From positions 1 through 41,950 of the IMG/VR virus record IMGVR_UViG_3300048853_000049: a DNA stretch of 41,950 nucleotides, one strand, 5' to 3'. The notes below the pieces were generated by a model. It was not told the origin of the DNA. It worked only from the letters and a program-made list of their open reading frames with translations, and made no database searches. This stretch comes from a virus. Lineage: Duplodnaviria > Caudoviricetes. A program made the translations under genes and the position numbers. Positions 34,056 to 41,838 of the stretch are shown here, piece after piece; position 1 is the stretch's first letter, and every line of letters begins with the position of its first letter.

Positions 34056-34463
34056 TCAAGGTTGGACAGATGCTGTTCCGGGTCGAAGATTTACCCGCCT
34101 CAGACAGTTCACATCCTGAATGTGGAAGCCGCAACGGCGCGCACTCCTTTTTCGAACGTGCTCGACGAGAAAGTATGGATCACCGCGCCGTGAGCACTGC
34201 CTCGCTGCCCAACTATTCACGCGATAGCAGTCGACGAACTCCTGATGTTCATAGCCGGGGGTGTTGTCACATTCGAGTTGATGCTCCAATTCCCCCTCGC
34301 ATATCCTCCACGTGGTCGAAACAAAATAGCCGAACGGTATCTCAGTCACCCTAGTTGATCGAGCGACGGTAAGATTGTCCGAAGCAGCCCTTTGCTCCGG
34401 AGCGGGGCTGCAGGAAGCCACCAAGACAACTGTCAGAAATGCACCGAAGACACTGTTCCGCAC
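34056..34463 (-). CDS. Cys-rich putative lipoprotein moron
   Basis: GGGAGG SD before GTG 34463; lipobox VAS-C. Confidence 0.6.
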   Translation of the reverse strand: MRNSVFGAFLTVVLVASCSPAPEQRAASDNLTVARSTRVTEIPFGYFVSTTWRICEGELEHQLECDNTPGYEHQEFVDCYRVNSWAARQCSRRGDPYFLVEHVRKRSARRCGFHIQDVNCLRRVNLRPGTASVQP

Positions 34464-34958
34464 GATTTCCTCCCGCCCCAGCCAACTAAAACGGTTGAAA
34501 TATAGCACACCACACGCGAGCAGAAACGACACCACTTTGGGTTAATTGGCTGAGTTCAAAACGACCAGATTCAGAAGCGGCCAGCTCAACCCATTACAGG
34601 GAGCCGGCCGCGCGATCGCCTCGTCGCGAGAGGAGGAGCGCGCCGAAGCAATAGTGATTGGGGCAGTCCCGGCGATCCTCGCGAGGTTGAACGTCCGCGG
34701 TTCGGCAGCGCCCCAAATGGGGTAAGGCCGCTCCGTGGCGGCCTTTTGAAAGCTGTATGATTGTTACCGGATGAAACAGATAATTGCTGCGCACCAGATG
34801 CGCGGTTGCCATCCGTGGCGCAGCTCGCAAGCTTCTACAGTGCTGAAGCTGCGAAACACAATATGTAGGGAGAACGTTAGAAGAACTAACGCCATATATT
34901 GCGATAATACCGATTCTATGACTTAATGTCGCCGTCCAACGTTTGACGGGATACGGCA

Positions 34959-35300
34959 ATGAAGGAAGAAGTTCGCAGATCGATTGCGCATGCTGCTGTT
35001 GCGCGCAGTGGTGGTCGGCCGAATGGCAACATTTATAGCTACGAGGCTGCCCGTAATACGGCTTTCTCTAGCAATGGCGCTGGCGGCGGATATGACTATG
35101 ACGCCGACGCTCACGTGTCAGCCGATGGAGGTGGATTTTATCACTACGGCGTGGGTGCTCGTGTCCAGCTCAGCATCAGCGGTCGAAATTTTAACGGCTA
35201 CGATTATGATAGTGGAAATCACTTCACGGGCAGTGTGAACGGCAACAGTGTCCAGATCTACGACTATGGTGAAGGCCGTTACTTCAACTACACCGTTTAA
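34959..35300 (+). CDS. Gly/Tyr/Asn-rich beta-repeat hypothetical protein
   Basis: Repeated YSY/YDY/YHY/YDY/YDY units; hairpin right after the stop. Confidence 0.75.
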   Translation: MKEEVRRSIAHAAVARSGGRPNGNIYSYEAARNTAFSSNGAGGGYDYDADAHVSADGGGFYHYGVGARVQLSISGRNFNGYDYDSGNHFTGSVNGNSVQIYDYGEGRYFNYTV

Positions 35301-35336
35301 AAGAAAGCCCTCCTGTCCGAAAACAAGAGGGCTTTC
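35297..35336. terminator. Terminator between convergent genes
   Basis: GAAAGCCCTC...GAGGGCTTTC stem; T-run follows on the minus strand. Confidence 0.75.
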
Positions 35337-35339
35337 GCA

Positions 35340-35450
35340 TCACAGTCCGCGAAGAAACGCGAAAATTGAAGCCATGCTGATCTTAAGATCAAACTTCAAT
35401 CGAAACGACTTCGTCGACTGACTGGCTTCGAGAAGCAAAGAAGCGTTCAT
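35340..35450 (-). CDS. 36-aa peptide MNASLLLEASQSTKSFRLKFDLKISMASIFAFLRGL, not in the track
   Basis: TAGGAG SD 6 nt before ATG; stop immediately followed by the terminator. Confidence 0.6.
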   Translation of the reverse strand: MNASLLLEASQSTKSFRLKFDLKISMASIFAFLRGL

Positions 35451-35586
35451 ACGCAACTCCTATTCTCTGCGTGGAAGCCCTTGTGGAGCCGCGACCCACG
35501 CGCCAGACTTTGATTGAGGGAATTTCCTGTTTAATAACAGCCCTGGAGGCCCCCCTCAAGCACGCGGCTGTTCCGAGCTGACACTA

Positions 35587-35615
35587 CACATAGTTGTCCG
35601 GCTTCCATCGCGCAA
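35587..35615 (-). promoter_or_regulatory. Candidate late promoter
   Basis: TTGCGC-N17-TATGTG just downstream of the putative late regulator. Confidence 0.35.
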
Positions 35616-35631
35616 GAGCTGCCGAATTCCT

Positions 35632-36465
35632 TTACGCGACGAGATCCTTGACGTCGTCGTAGGTGATCGGACCTGCGCGATCACGGATCACCGACAAGGC
35701 TAAATGGACAACCGACCGGCCAACTGCCATAGCCGATCGTGAACTGGTTGCTTTGGCCAACATTCCCACCCGCTCTAGTGTAGCGCCATGTAGAGCCGCT
35801 GCCTCGAACGGCTCGACTAGCGGTCCTAGCAGTGCCCGGAGCTCCTGTAGCAGTGGGACAGCGTCGATCTTCGCAATCACGTGACCGTCCCCGCCCCACC
35901 TGGTCGGTACGGCCGATGGCAAGGGCTTCGTGCGGCACCACTTCAACGGATCGCTAGCCTTCGCGCTCCACGGCAGCGCATCCTTCTTCTTCGTGCCCTT
36001 GGCGCCTTTCCGCATCGCCTTGCCTGTTTTCTCGTCGATCCACAAGTCCTGCTCGACTTGCAGCGGCTCCAAGCCCACCGCATTACCGACAAGCTGGGCT
36101 TCACTGCTGACTGCGGCCTCTAGTCGGCGGTAGAGCAGCAGAGCGGGCAACAAATCGTGGTTCCCATCAGCTAGAAGTGCCTTGATGATCGGTAGCGACG
36201 GATTGTCGTTGTCTGCCTTGCCGTCCCAGTCTTTGCCGATCTTCATCCTTATCGCCAGTCTCGCCCGCTCCTTATGTATCGCTAGTTTCTCGGCCTTCCG
36301 CTTCGCCTCAACTTCATCCTTGTCGAGCCTAGCTTGTGACGACTCCGGCCAGAATGTGTCTCCAACCCACTCCCCGCGAAATGCCATGCGCGGTTTATTG
36401 TCGTTGGCTGCTGTTCTGCTCAAGACACGGTTCTCCTTCTCCTCGATAAGGTCATTTGCTTTCAT
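35632..36465 (-). CDS. Putative late-gene regulator (Q/sigma-R4-like position)
   Basis: Last early gene; C-terminal helical HTH-like segment; ATGA coupling; function inferred from position. Confidence 0.6.
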   Translation of the reverse strand: MKANDLIEEKENRVLSRTAANDNKPRMAFRGEWVGDTFWPESSQARLDKDEVEAKRKAEKLAIHKERARLAIRMKIGKDWDGKADNDNPSLPIIKALLADGNHDLLPALLLYRRLEAAVSSEAQLVGNAVGLEPLQVEQDLWIDEKTGKAMRKGAKGTKKKDALPWSAKASDPLKWCRTKPLPSAVPTRWGGDGHVIAKIDAVPLLQELRALLGPLVEPFEAAALHGATLERVGMLAKATSSRSAMAVGRSVVHLALSVIRDRAGPITYDDVKDLVA

Positions 36466-36815
36466 GCTGCCGTCCACTTCGGCTTCGGGTCGGGAATGGC
36501 GCGGATATCTTCTGACGCTTGATTGGGCACGCCTGCTGGGAATTCCATCAGGAGCGCGGCTTTCTCGCGAGCAAGGCAGAAGGAGGCCAGGCGAGCCTCC
36601 TCAGCCACGGTTCGCGTCACGCACAGCGACAAGGCGTATTCCTTTTCGCAGTGTGCCTTGTCGCAGGCGGCCTCCAGTTCTTTGATTTTCCCCTGCAGTA
36701 TCTCGATGGTTCGGTGCGCATCGACGAGCAGTCGACGATAGTGTTCCCCGCGGCGTCGGTGGTCTCGCGGCGCGATCATGTCGGCCGTTTGGATTGATGA
36801 AGTTGCCGAGAGCAA
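36462..36815 (-). CDS. Coiled-coil hypothetical protein
   Basis: AAGGAGG SD before TTG 36815. Confidence 0.65.
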   Translation of the reverse strand: MLSATSSIQTADMIAPRDHRRRGEHYRRLLVDAHRTIEILQGKIKELEAACDKAHCEKEYALSLCVTRTVAEEARLASFCLAREKAALLMEFPAGVPNQASEDIRAIPDPKPKWTAA

Positions 36816-36843
36816 GTTGGTCCTCCTTTTCCTGCGTGATGTG

Positions 36844-37133
36844 TCGTGCGGTCGTGCGCCCTATGGGAATATGTCCGCACGCACGATGATGGGGACTGAT
36901 GTCCCCCCATCGTTCGGGTGTGTTTTTGATCGAGAAATCGTGCGCCCGCACGCCTTTGTTTTTGCTACCTAATCTTCTGTTTTTTCACAGATCGTGCGGG
37001 GCATTCGTGCGCTTGCACGATTACCGCACGACGGCGTCAATCTTCATCGTCGTCGTGCGCGCGCGAAACTTGCTTGCGCACGATCCTGGCGGCCGATTGT
37101 GCGGCCTGCGTTTCGCGGTGGCGCTCCGCACGA
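36844..37133. repeat. TCGTGCG iteron cluster, putative replication origin
   Basis: 10 exact copies in both orientations around a T-rich tract (36955-36990), at the helicase 3' end. Confidence 0.75.
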
Positions 37134-38221
37134 ATGTCCGTGAGAGCGTCGAAACCAGCCGGAGTTATTATCCAGCGGCGCCCCTCATATTTCAGCAACT
37201 TCGATGTCTTCAATTTGTCCGTGGCGCGCCGCGCCCGGTCTTTATGAACGCCGCCGTCTTCACGTCGCCAGCCCAATGCCTCGGCGATGTCGGAGAGTGA
37301 CTGGCCGGCATTGCGTTCAATCTGCAGCAGCACGCCGTCTTCATCCCGACGCTGCGCCGCGGCCCGTGACCGGGCTTCCCCGCTGGAAAGAGCCTGTGCC
37401 ATGACGGTCGGAATTGGCCGACCTTTGCTGTCGACCAAGGCGGGCGCTGTGATCGTCTTCAGTTCGATGATGAGCGGGTCGAAGTCGGGGCCACGATGCT
37501 TTCCTTGCCAGTGGAGCTTGATAGTGCCGTCCGACTTCGCCAGGGTTAAATTTCCATCCACCTCCGCAATGAAGGCGCCGCCGCCTCGCGGAAGTAGATT
37601 GTCGGATCCTGCGTTTTTCGTGGGATGGCATGCAACCATCACGCACGGGCGGCCCGGTAGCGTAGTGAGCATCCGCAGGTCGCGCGCGTGCTTGCCAAGC
37701 TCGGTGTTCCCATTTTCGTCTGTGCCATGGAAGTAGGCAGCCGACGTGTCCACGACGACGAGATCGGCACCTCCCAGTGCTTCGACCTGAGTTCGGATGG
37801 CCGCCAAGGCATCGGGAACGCTGAAGCGATCTTTGATGAAATGCACATCAATATCGTCGAGACTGAAGCCGGTTTCATGGGCCATGCCAATCCACCGCAT
37901 GGTCACGTCGTCTGGGTTCTCGCCTGCAAAGTACACGACGCGACCTTTGGCAACCTCTCTGTCCGACATGAATCCGCCCTGAGCCGTCAAGGAGGAAATC
38001 AGCAGGAGAACGGCCGTCTTTCCGGTGCCGGTCGCAGCCGTCATCGAGTAGATGAAGCCCTTCTGCGCAACGCCGTCGACGTGGTAGTCGGGCGGAACAA
38101 AGCCGCGAACGAGCTCGGCGCTCGAGATGATTTTGATCAGTCTATTGTCATTTGCGGCGTCAAGCTTGCGCAGTGGGCCGCCTGGCTCGCTCTTCTTTTC
38201 GATCTTCGGGATAGCCGCCAT
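37037..38221 (-). CDS. AAA_25/RepA-family replicative helicase with C-terminal winged helix
   Basis: Walker A AATGTGKT; YFAGEN; Walker B LVVVDT; HPTK..PRGGGA; SLSDIAEALGW. Confidence 0.88.
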   Translation of the reverse strand: MAAIPKIEKKSEPGGPLRKLDAANDNRLIKIISSAELVRGFVPPDYHVDGVAQKGFIYSMTAATGTGKTAVLLLISSLTAQGGFMSDREVAKGRVVYFAGENPDDVTMRWIGMAHETGFSLDDIDVHFIKDRFSVPDALAAIRTQVEALGGADLVVVDTSAAYFHGTDENGNTELGKHARDLRMLTTLPGRPCVMVACHPTKNAGSDNLLPRGGGAFIAEVDGNLTLAKSDGTIKLHWQGKHRGPDFDPLIIELKTITAPALVDSKGRPIPTVMAQALSSGEARSRAAAQRRDEDGVLLQIERNAGQSLSDIAEALGWRREDGGVHKDRARRATDKLKTSKLLKYEGRRWIITPAGFDALTDIRAERHRETQAAQSAARIVRKQVSRAHDDDED

Positions 38222-39039
38222 TATGCAGCCTCCACGTAGTCGGCAAAATCCTTACCGGGCTCTGCAGGCATGGTCAGAGTGACCTCACGCCCTGCCGCAT
38301 GCCACCGTTCACCGACGGCATTCGCAGCGTCGATTCCAGCTCGATCGTGGTCAGCAAACACGGTCAGGGACTGCACGCCATCGATAATGGGGAAACCCTT
38401 CATAATTGACGAAGACAGGCAGGCCCAGATTGGCGCACGGTGTGTCGCCAACGCTGTTTCGATCCCTTCTGCGATAGCAAGATCGGTGAGCGACTCGCTG
38501 TCGTGCAGGCGCACGCATCCGCCCGATGCTCGCCCATGCATGAGGCGTCCCGCCTTCCGGCCCTCGGCGTCAAGTAGGGTTTCGTGATAGCCGCACGGTT
38601 CGCCGCTAACCGCGTCCGTAATGATGGCGATGAGCGCACGGCTCGCTGGTCGATAGCGCCAGCCGTCGCCGCTGTATGAAAGGCCACGAGATGCGAGGTA
38701 GCGCTCTCCCAAAGTGCCGGCAATCGGGACGCAGGAGTCCCACAGGCGCTTCAGCATTCGGATGCGTGCGACCGTGCTGCCGGAAGAAACCGCAACCGCT
38801 GCCGGCGCAATTATTCGTTGCGGGCTGTCGTCATGGAGTCCAAGGCGAGTTTTGACATGGTCCCGGCAATCGCGGAAGTCATCCCCAGCGAAGCTATTCG
38901 TGAGGAAAGAGCCATCCGGAAGAAAGGTGACGCTTAGCGACCTGTCGCGCTTGCTGTGACCTGGGCCGGGACAAATGATCTTGTTGCCGCGAGCTTCTCC
39001 GCCGAGGAGGCGTGCGGCAGTTTTAATGTCGATGTTCAT
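38221..39039 (-). CDS. Toprim-domain primase (Zn-binding N-terminus)
   Basis: CPGPGHS.RDRSLSV; YLASRGL; AEGIETAL; FADHD.AG; DFAD. Confidence 0.88.
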   Translation of the reverse strand: MNIDIKTAARLLGGEARGNKIICPGPGHSKRDRSLSVTFLPDGSFLTNSFAGDDFRDCRDHVKTRLGLHDDSPQRIIAPAAVAVSSGSTVARIRMLKRLWDSCVPIAGTLGERYLASRGLSYSGDGWRYRPASRALIAIITDAVSGEPCGYHETLLDAEGRKAGRLMHGRASGGCVRLHDSESLTDLAIAEGIETALATHRAPIWACLSSSIMKGFPIIDGVQSLTVFADHDRAGIDAANAVGERWHAAGREVTLTMPAEPGKDFADYVEAA

Positions 39040-39286
39040 TGGCAGTCAGGCCCCCCAACGCGGCCGTCGCTGCGGCCGTTATCTTTTCTGCTGTTTCCGG
39101 ATGGAACGTCGCGACGTGTCGCCCTGCTGCGTTCGGAGCAATCGTTCTCCGCCGTCCGTCAGCGAACTCGCGAAGCAGAAGGCCGAATAATCGAACGTGA
39201 CCGAGCTCGACATCAAAGTGAGCAACGGTTCTGCGACCGACGCCCAGTGGCGCCGGTCGTATGGAGAGGATGATCGGCTCCATCAC
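39023..39286 (-). CDS. Small hypothetical protein, possibly SpoVG-like nucleic-acid binding
   Basis: AHFDVELG.VRLFGL.L beta pattern; coupled to both neighbours. Confidence 0.6.
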   Translation of the reverse strand: MMEPIILSIRPAPLGVGRRTVAHFDVELGHVRLFGLLLREFADGRRRTIAPNAAGRHVATFHPETAEKITAAATAALGGLTANEHRH

Positions 39287-39639
39287 TGGCCGTTTGCCTG
39301 CCGTTCAATTTTTTCGATGACGGCTTGCCACACGAACTCCGCCGTTCGATGGTCCGCGAAGAACGCGTCGCCGACGTATCGAAGGAGGCCGGACTTGGGC
39401 GGCGTCCCTTCCGCCCAGTATTCAACGAACCCAAAGCGGCGCCGGTCGCCTTTCGCGCCCTCCGTCAGGACCGCCTTTTCAGGAAACAGTGCGGGCGAGT
39501 GGTCAAGCAGGCGAGCGTCGTGGGGATAGCCGTCGAGCGTATCTATGGCCAAGCCGAATCCGCGGACCCGGCTGGGGGCCGCCGCTTCGCGTTCTCGGAT
39601 CAATCGAAACGCGCGGGGTTCGTGGGTGAATGTGCGCAA
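39283..39639 (-). CDS. Hypothetical protein
   Basis: GAGGAGG SD before TTG 39639. Confidence 0.6.
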   Translation of the reverse strand: MRTFTHEPRAFRLIREREAAAPSRVRGFGLAIDTLDGYPHDARLLDHSPALFPEKAVLTEGAKGDRRRFGFVEYWAEGTPPKSGLLRYVGDAFFADHRTAEFVWQAVIEKIERQANGQ

Positions 39640-39732
39640 GAATCCTCCTCTCGCCGGCGCATGGGCCGGTCGGCTCTGTTGTCTGTGTGGTGGTGTTTTA
39701 GATAACCGGCGAACGCCGGCTGGCGACAAGGG

Positions 39733-39936
39733 TCAGGCAGCGCGAGCGGCAATTCTGCCGCCGATCCAGTCGTGCACTTCGGAGCGCACGAAAGCGATCC
39801 GCTTCTCGCCCAGGGCTACGGCGGCGGGAAAGCGTCCTTCGGCGCGTAGACGGTGGATCATTGTCTTTGACATACTCGTGAGTTGGCACGTGTCCCTGAG
39901 TGAAATCAGGGCGTAGTTGTCATTCGCTGGGTCCAT
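39733..39936 (-). CDS. alpA: AlpA-family regulator / recombination directionality factor
   Basis: LTSMSKTMIHRL...GRFP..V.LG..RIAFVRSEV.DWI; GAGGAG SD. Confidence 0.92.
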   Translation of the reverse strand: MDPANDNYALISLRDTCQLTSMSKTMIHRLRAEGRFPAAVALGEKRIAFVRSEVHDWIGGRIAARAA

Positions 39937-39976
39937 TTCGGCTCCTCTATTTGGTTGTTGCAGTCCATATGATTTC

Positions 39977-40005
39977 TGTGTAATCTATTTTAACAAATTT
40001 GTCAA
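39977..40005 (-). promoter_or_regulatory. Early promoter with an overlapping palindromic operator
   Basis: TTGACA-N17-TACACA; imperfect palindrome TTAACAAATTTGTCAA at 39990-40005. Confidence 0.55.
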
Positions 40006-40021
40006 GATAGGTTGCTGTAAA

Positions 40022-40534
40022 ATGAAAGAAAAGCGGACGCGACTGGCGCAGATGGTGGTGAATGAGCACAATAGGAGCGGATTGACCGAACGCGAGCTCG
40101 CGTCCAAGTACGGCTTTAGCCAGCAGGCGCTTCAGACATGGAAGAAGGGTGCTGTACCCCGGCCAGTAATGTACCCTGCCCTCGCTGCCTACCTGGGGAT
40201 ATCCGTCGACCAAATTGCTGAACTTGCTGAAGAAGCAAAGATCAGCACTGGCACGACGAAGTTACCGAACCTCGGCGCACCTGTGATGGGATCCGGCACC
40301 AATAACGCCATCAGGATAGACCAATTCGCTAGCGGATATGCGCTTCCGGCAGTTGGTGGGACCTATGCCGTCCGGGTCGACGGAAAGACGATGTGGGTGA
40401 ACCCGCGCCTCGCCCCGCGCGGGGGCAACACGGTGCTTGTCCGAAGTGAAGGGTCTGCGCGCCTTGCGACTTGGCCGTGCAAATTAGCTGACGGCGAGGA
40501 AGTTCACGTTGTCTCCTTGGCGGAGTTGGTCTGA
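40022..40534 (+). CDS. XRE/CI-like repressor with degenerate S24-like C-terminus
   Basis: GLTERELASKYGFSQQALQTWKKG.VPR..LAAYLGIS; divergent from alpA; no SD. Confidence 0.8.
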   Translation: MKEKRTRLAQMVVNEHNRSGLTERELASKYGFSQQALQTWKKGAVPRPVMYPALAAYLGISVDQIAELAEEAKISTGTTKLPNLGAPVMGSGTNNAIRIDQFASGYALPAVGGTYAVRVDGKTMWVNPRLAPRGGNTVLVRSEGSARLATWPCKLADGEEVHVVSLAELV

Positions 40535-41697
40535 GCAGCATCGCGACCAATGTACTTGGCCCAATCATTCATGAGCGATCGGCGCTTCTCCAGCGCAGAT
40601 CCGCGTCGATAAGCTTGCTCAACCTCGTTTCCGACCGCGTGAGCAAGCGCCGCTTCGGCAACCTCCCGCGGATACTCTGTGCAATCTCCTGCCCAGTCAC
40701 GAAACATGCTTCGCAGGCCGTGGAGAGTCGCGGCCTTGTCAGGCGAAGCCAGTCGCAGAGCCTTCGTCATCGCAGTACTGGAAACCGGTTTCCCCCCGCC
40801 AAACATATAAGGGCCGGTCGCCTGCTGGCGCATAATTTCCACGATTGCAAGGGCACGGTCGCAAAGCGGGACAATATGCTCCTTCCCAGCCTTCATGCGC
40901 TCCGCCGGCACCGTCCAGATCTTCGCCTCAAGGTCGACCTCAGAAAATAGCGCTTCCCTGCCCTCGCGCGTACGGGTGGCGGTAAGTGTTAAAAACTCAA
41001 CAGCGCGGGCGGCTGTACCGGACGACTCCTTCAGCTTGGCGATCATCTGAGGCGCCTGCACGTAGGCGAGCGCGGCGTGGTGCCCTCGCTGGAGTTTCTG
41101 TCGGCGAGGCATCACCTTGTCGAGCAACCCTTTCCAGCGGGCTGGGTTACCCGCTGTGCGCCACTCGTGAGCGATTGCGTAATCAATCACAGCCTGGATC
41201 CGCGACCGCAGCCTATCGGCCGTCTCTGGCCTCTCGTGCCAATGCGGCAGAAGGCAGTCCTTGACGTCGCCCATGACGATATCCGCCACAGGCATATCGT
41301 GCAGCGGCTTTGCGTACTCCCGCAGAGTCATCCTCCACTGGTCGGCGTGTTTATCGTTCGTCCATTCGGATTCCTTCGTTTCGATTAAGGCGTCCATGCA
41401 ATCCTTGAACGTCTTCGGCTTGATTGAAATGCGATCAGCGCGCGGATCATCGCCACGAGCGAGCTGCTGCCGAATCACCTCCGCCTTCTCTCGGGCGAGA
41501 GCCACGGACACAGGAGCCGTACCCTGACCATACCCGCCAAGGCCGATTTCGTTTCGCTTCTCGCCGCGGCGGTATATAAAAACCCAATTCTTGCTGCCGC
41601 CCTTCTGGACCCGCAGATAAAGGCCCTCCCCGTCACCGTAGATGCCAGGCTTTGTGAGCGCCTTTATCCTTGTTTCTGACAGCTTGTTGCGCGCCAT
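40504..41697 (-). CDS. int: P4-family tyrosine integrase
   Basis: GDGEGLYL..WVFIY..GLG arm-binding domain; TATRTRE, RMKAG.EH.VPL, HGLRSMFRDW, LAH, AY.R; GGAGA SD before ATG 41697. Confidence 0.96.
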   Translation of the reverse strand: MARNKLSETRIKALTKPGIYGDGEGLYLRVQKGGSKNWVFIYRRGEKRNEIGLGGYGQGTAPVSVALAREKAEVIRQQLARGDDPRADRISIKPKTFKDCMDALIETKESEWTNDKHADQWRMTLREYAKPLHDMPVADIVMGDVKDCLLPHWHERPETADRLRSRIQAVIDYAIAHEWRTAGNPARWKGLLDKVMPRRQKLQRGHHAALAYVQAPQMIAKLKESSGTAARAVEFLTLTATRTREGREALFSEVDLEAKIWTVPAERMKAGKEHIVPLCDRALAIVEIMRQQATGPYMFGGGKPVSSTAMTKALRLASPDKAATLHGLRSMFRDWAGDCTEYPREVAEAALAHAVGNEVEQAYRRGSALEKRRSLMNDWAKYIGRDAAQTNSAKETT

Positions 41698-41823
41698 GAA
41701 AGTCTCCGCCGAACCTGCATTTTTGTAACGCTTATCATAACGTCCAAACGGAACATATGGAATTTGTGAGAAACAACAGCTAGATGCGGACCGAATGTTC
41801 CAAGAAAACGGCGGAGGAGCGGA

Positions 41824-41838
41824 CACCTCTTCCGCCAT
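41824..41838 (+). repeat. att core, integrase-side copy CACCTCTTCCGCCAT
   Basis: Exact match to 113-127. Confidence 0.93.

Larger units (their letters stand above)
113..41838. mobile_element. Prophage, HK97-type head and siphovirus tail, P4-family integrase
   Basis: 15-bp direct repeat at both ends; integrase, replication, packaging, head, tail and lysis modules in order. Confidence 0.95.

Noticed and set aside
36844-37133. Repeat cluster as a CRISPR or DGR element
   Set aside because: Units are 7 bp, irregularly spaced and in both orientations; no cas or reverse transcriptase gene in the window
7401-38223. Many C-terminal AA endings (primase, 36462 ORF, head closure, Zn-ribbon, chaperone, capsid) as independent degron evidence
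   Set aside because: Several are explicable by GAGGCNGC-ATGA SD/start overlap and Ala-rich high-GC coding; counted only when paired with ANDN
39990-40005. Possible CtrA box in the switch region
   Set aside because: Does not fit TTAA-N7-TTAA; better read as a palindromic operator
41711-41800. GAAC/GTTC words upstream of int as an SOS box
   Set aside because: No pair with the required 7-nt spacing
41698-41838. 47-aa N-terminal extension of the integrase starting inside the att core
   Set aside because: The ATG is just the complement of the core's CAT; family similarity and the SD point to ATG 41697
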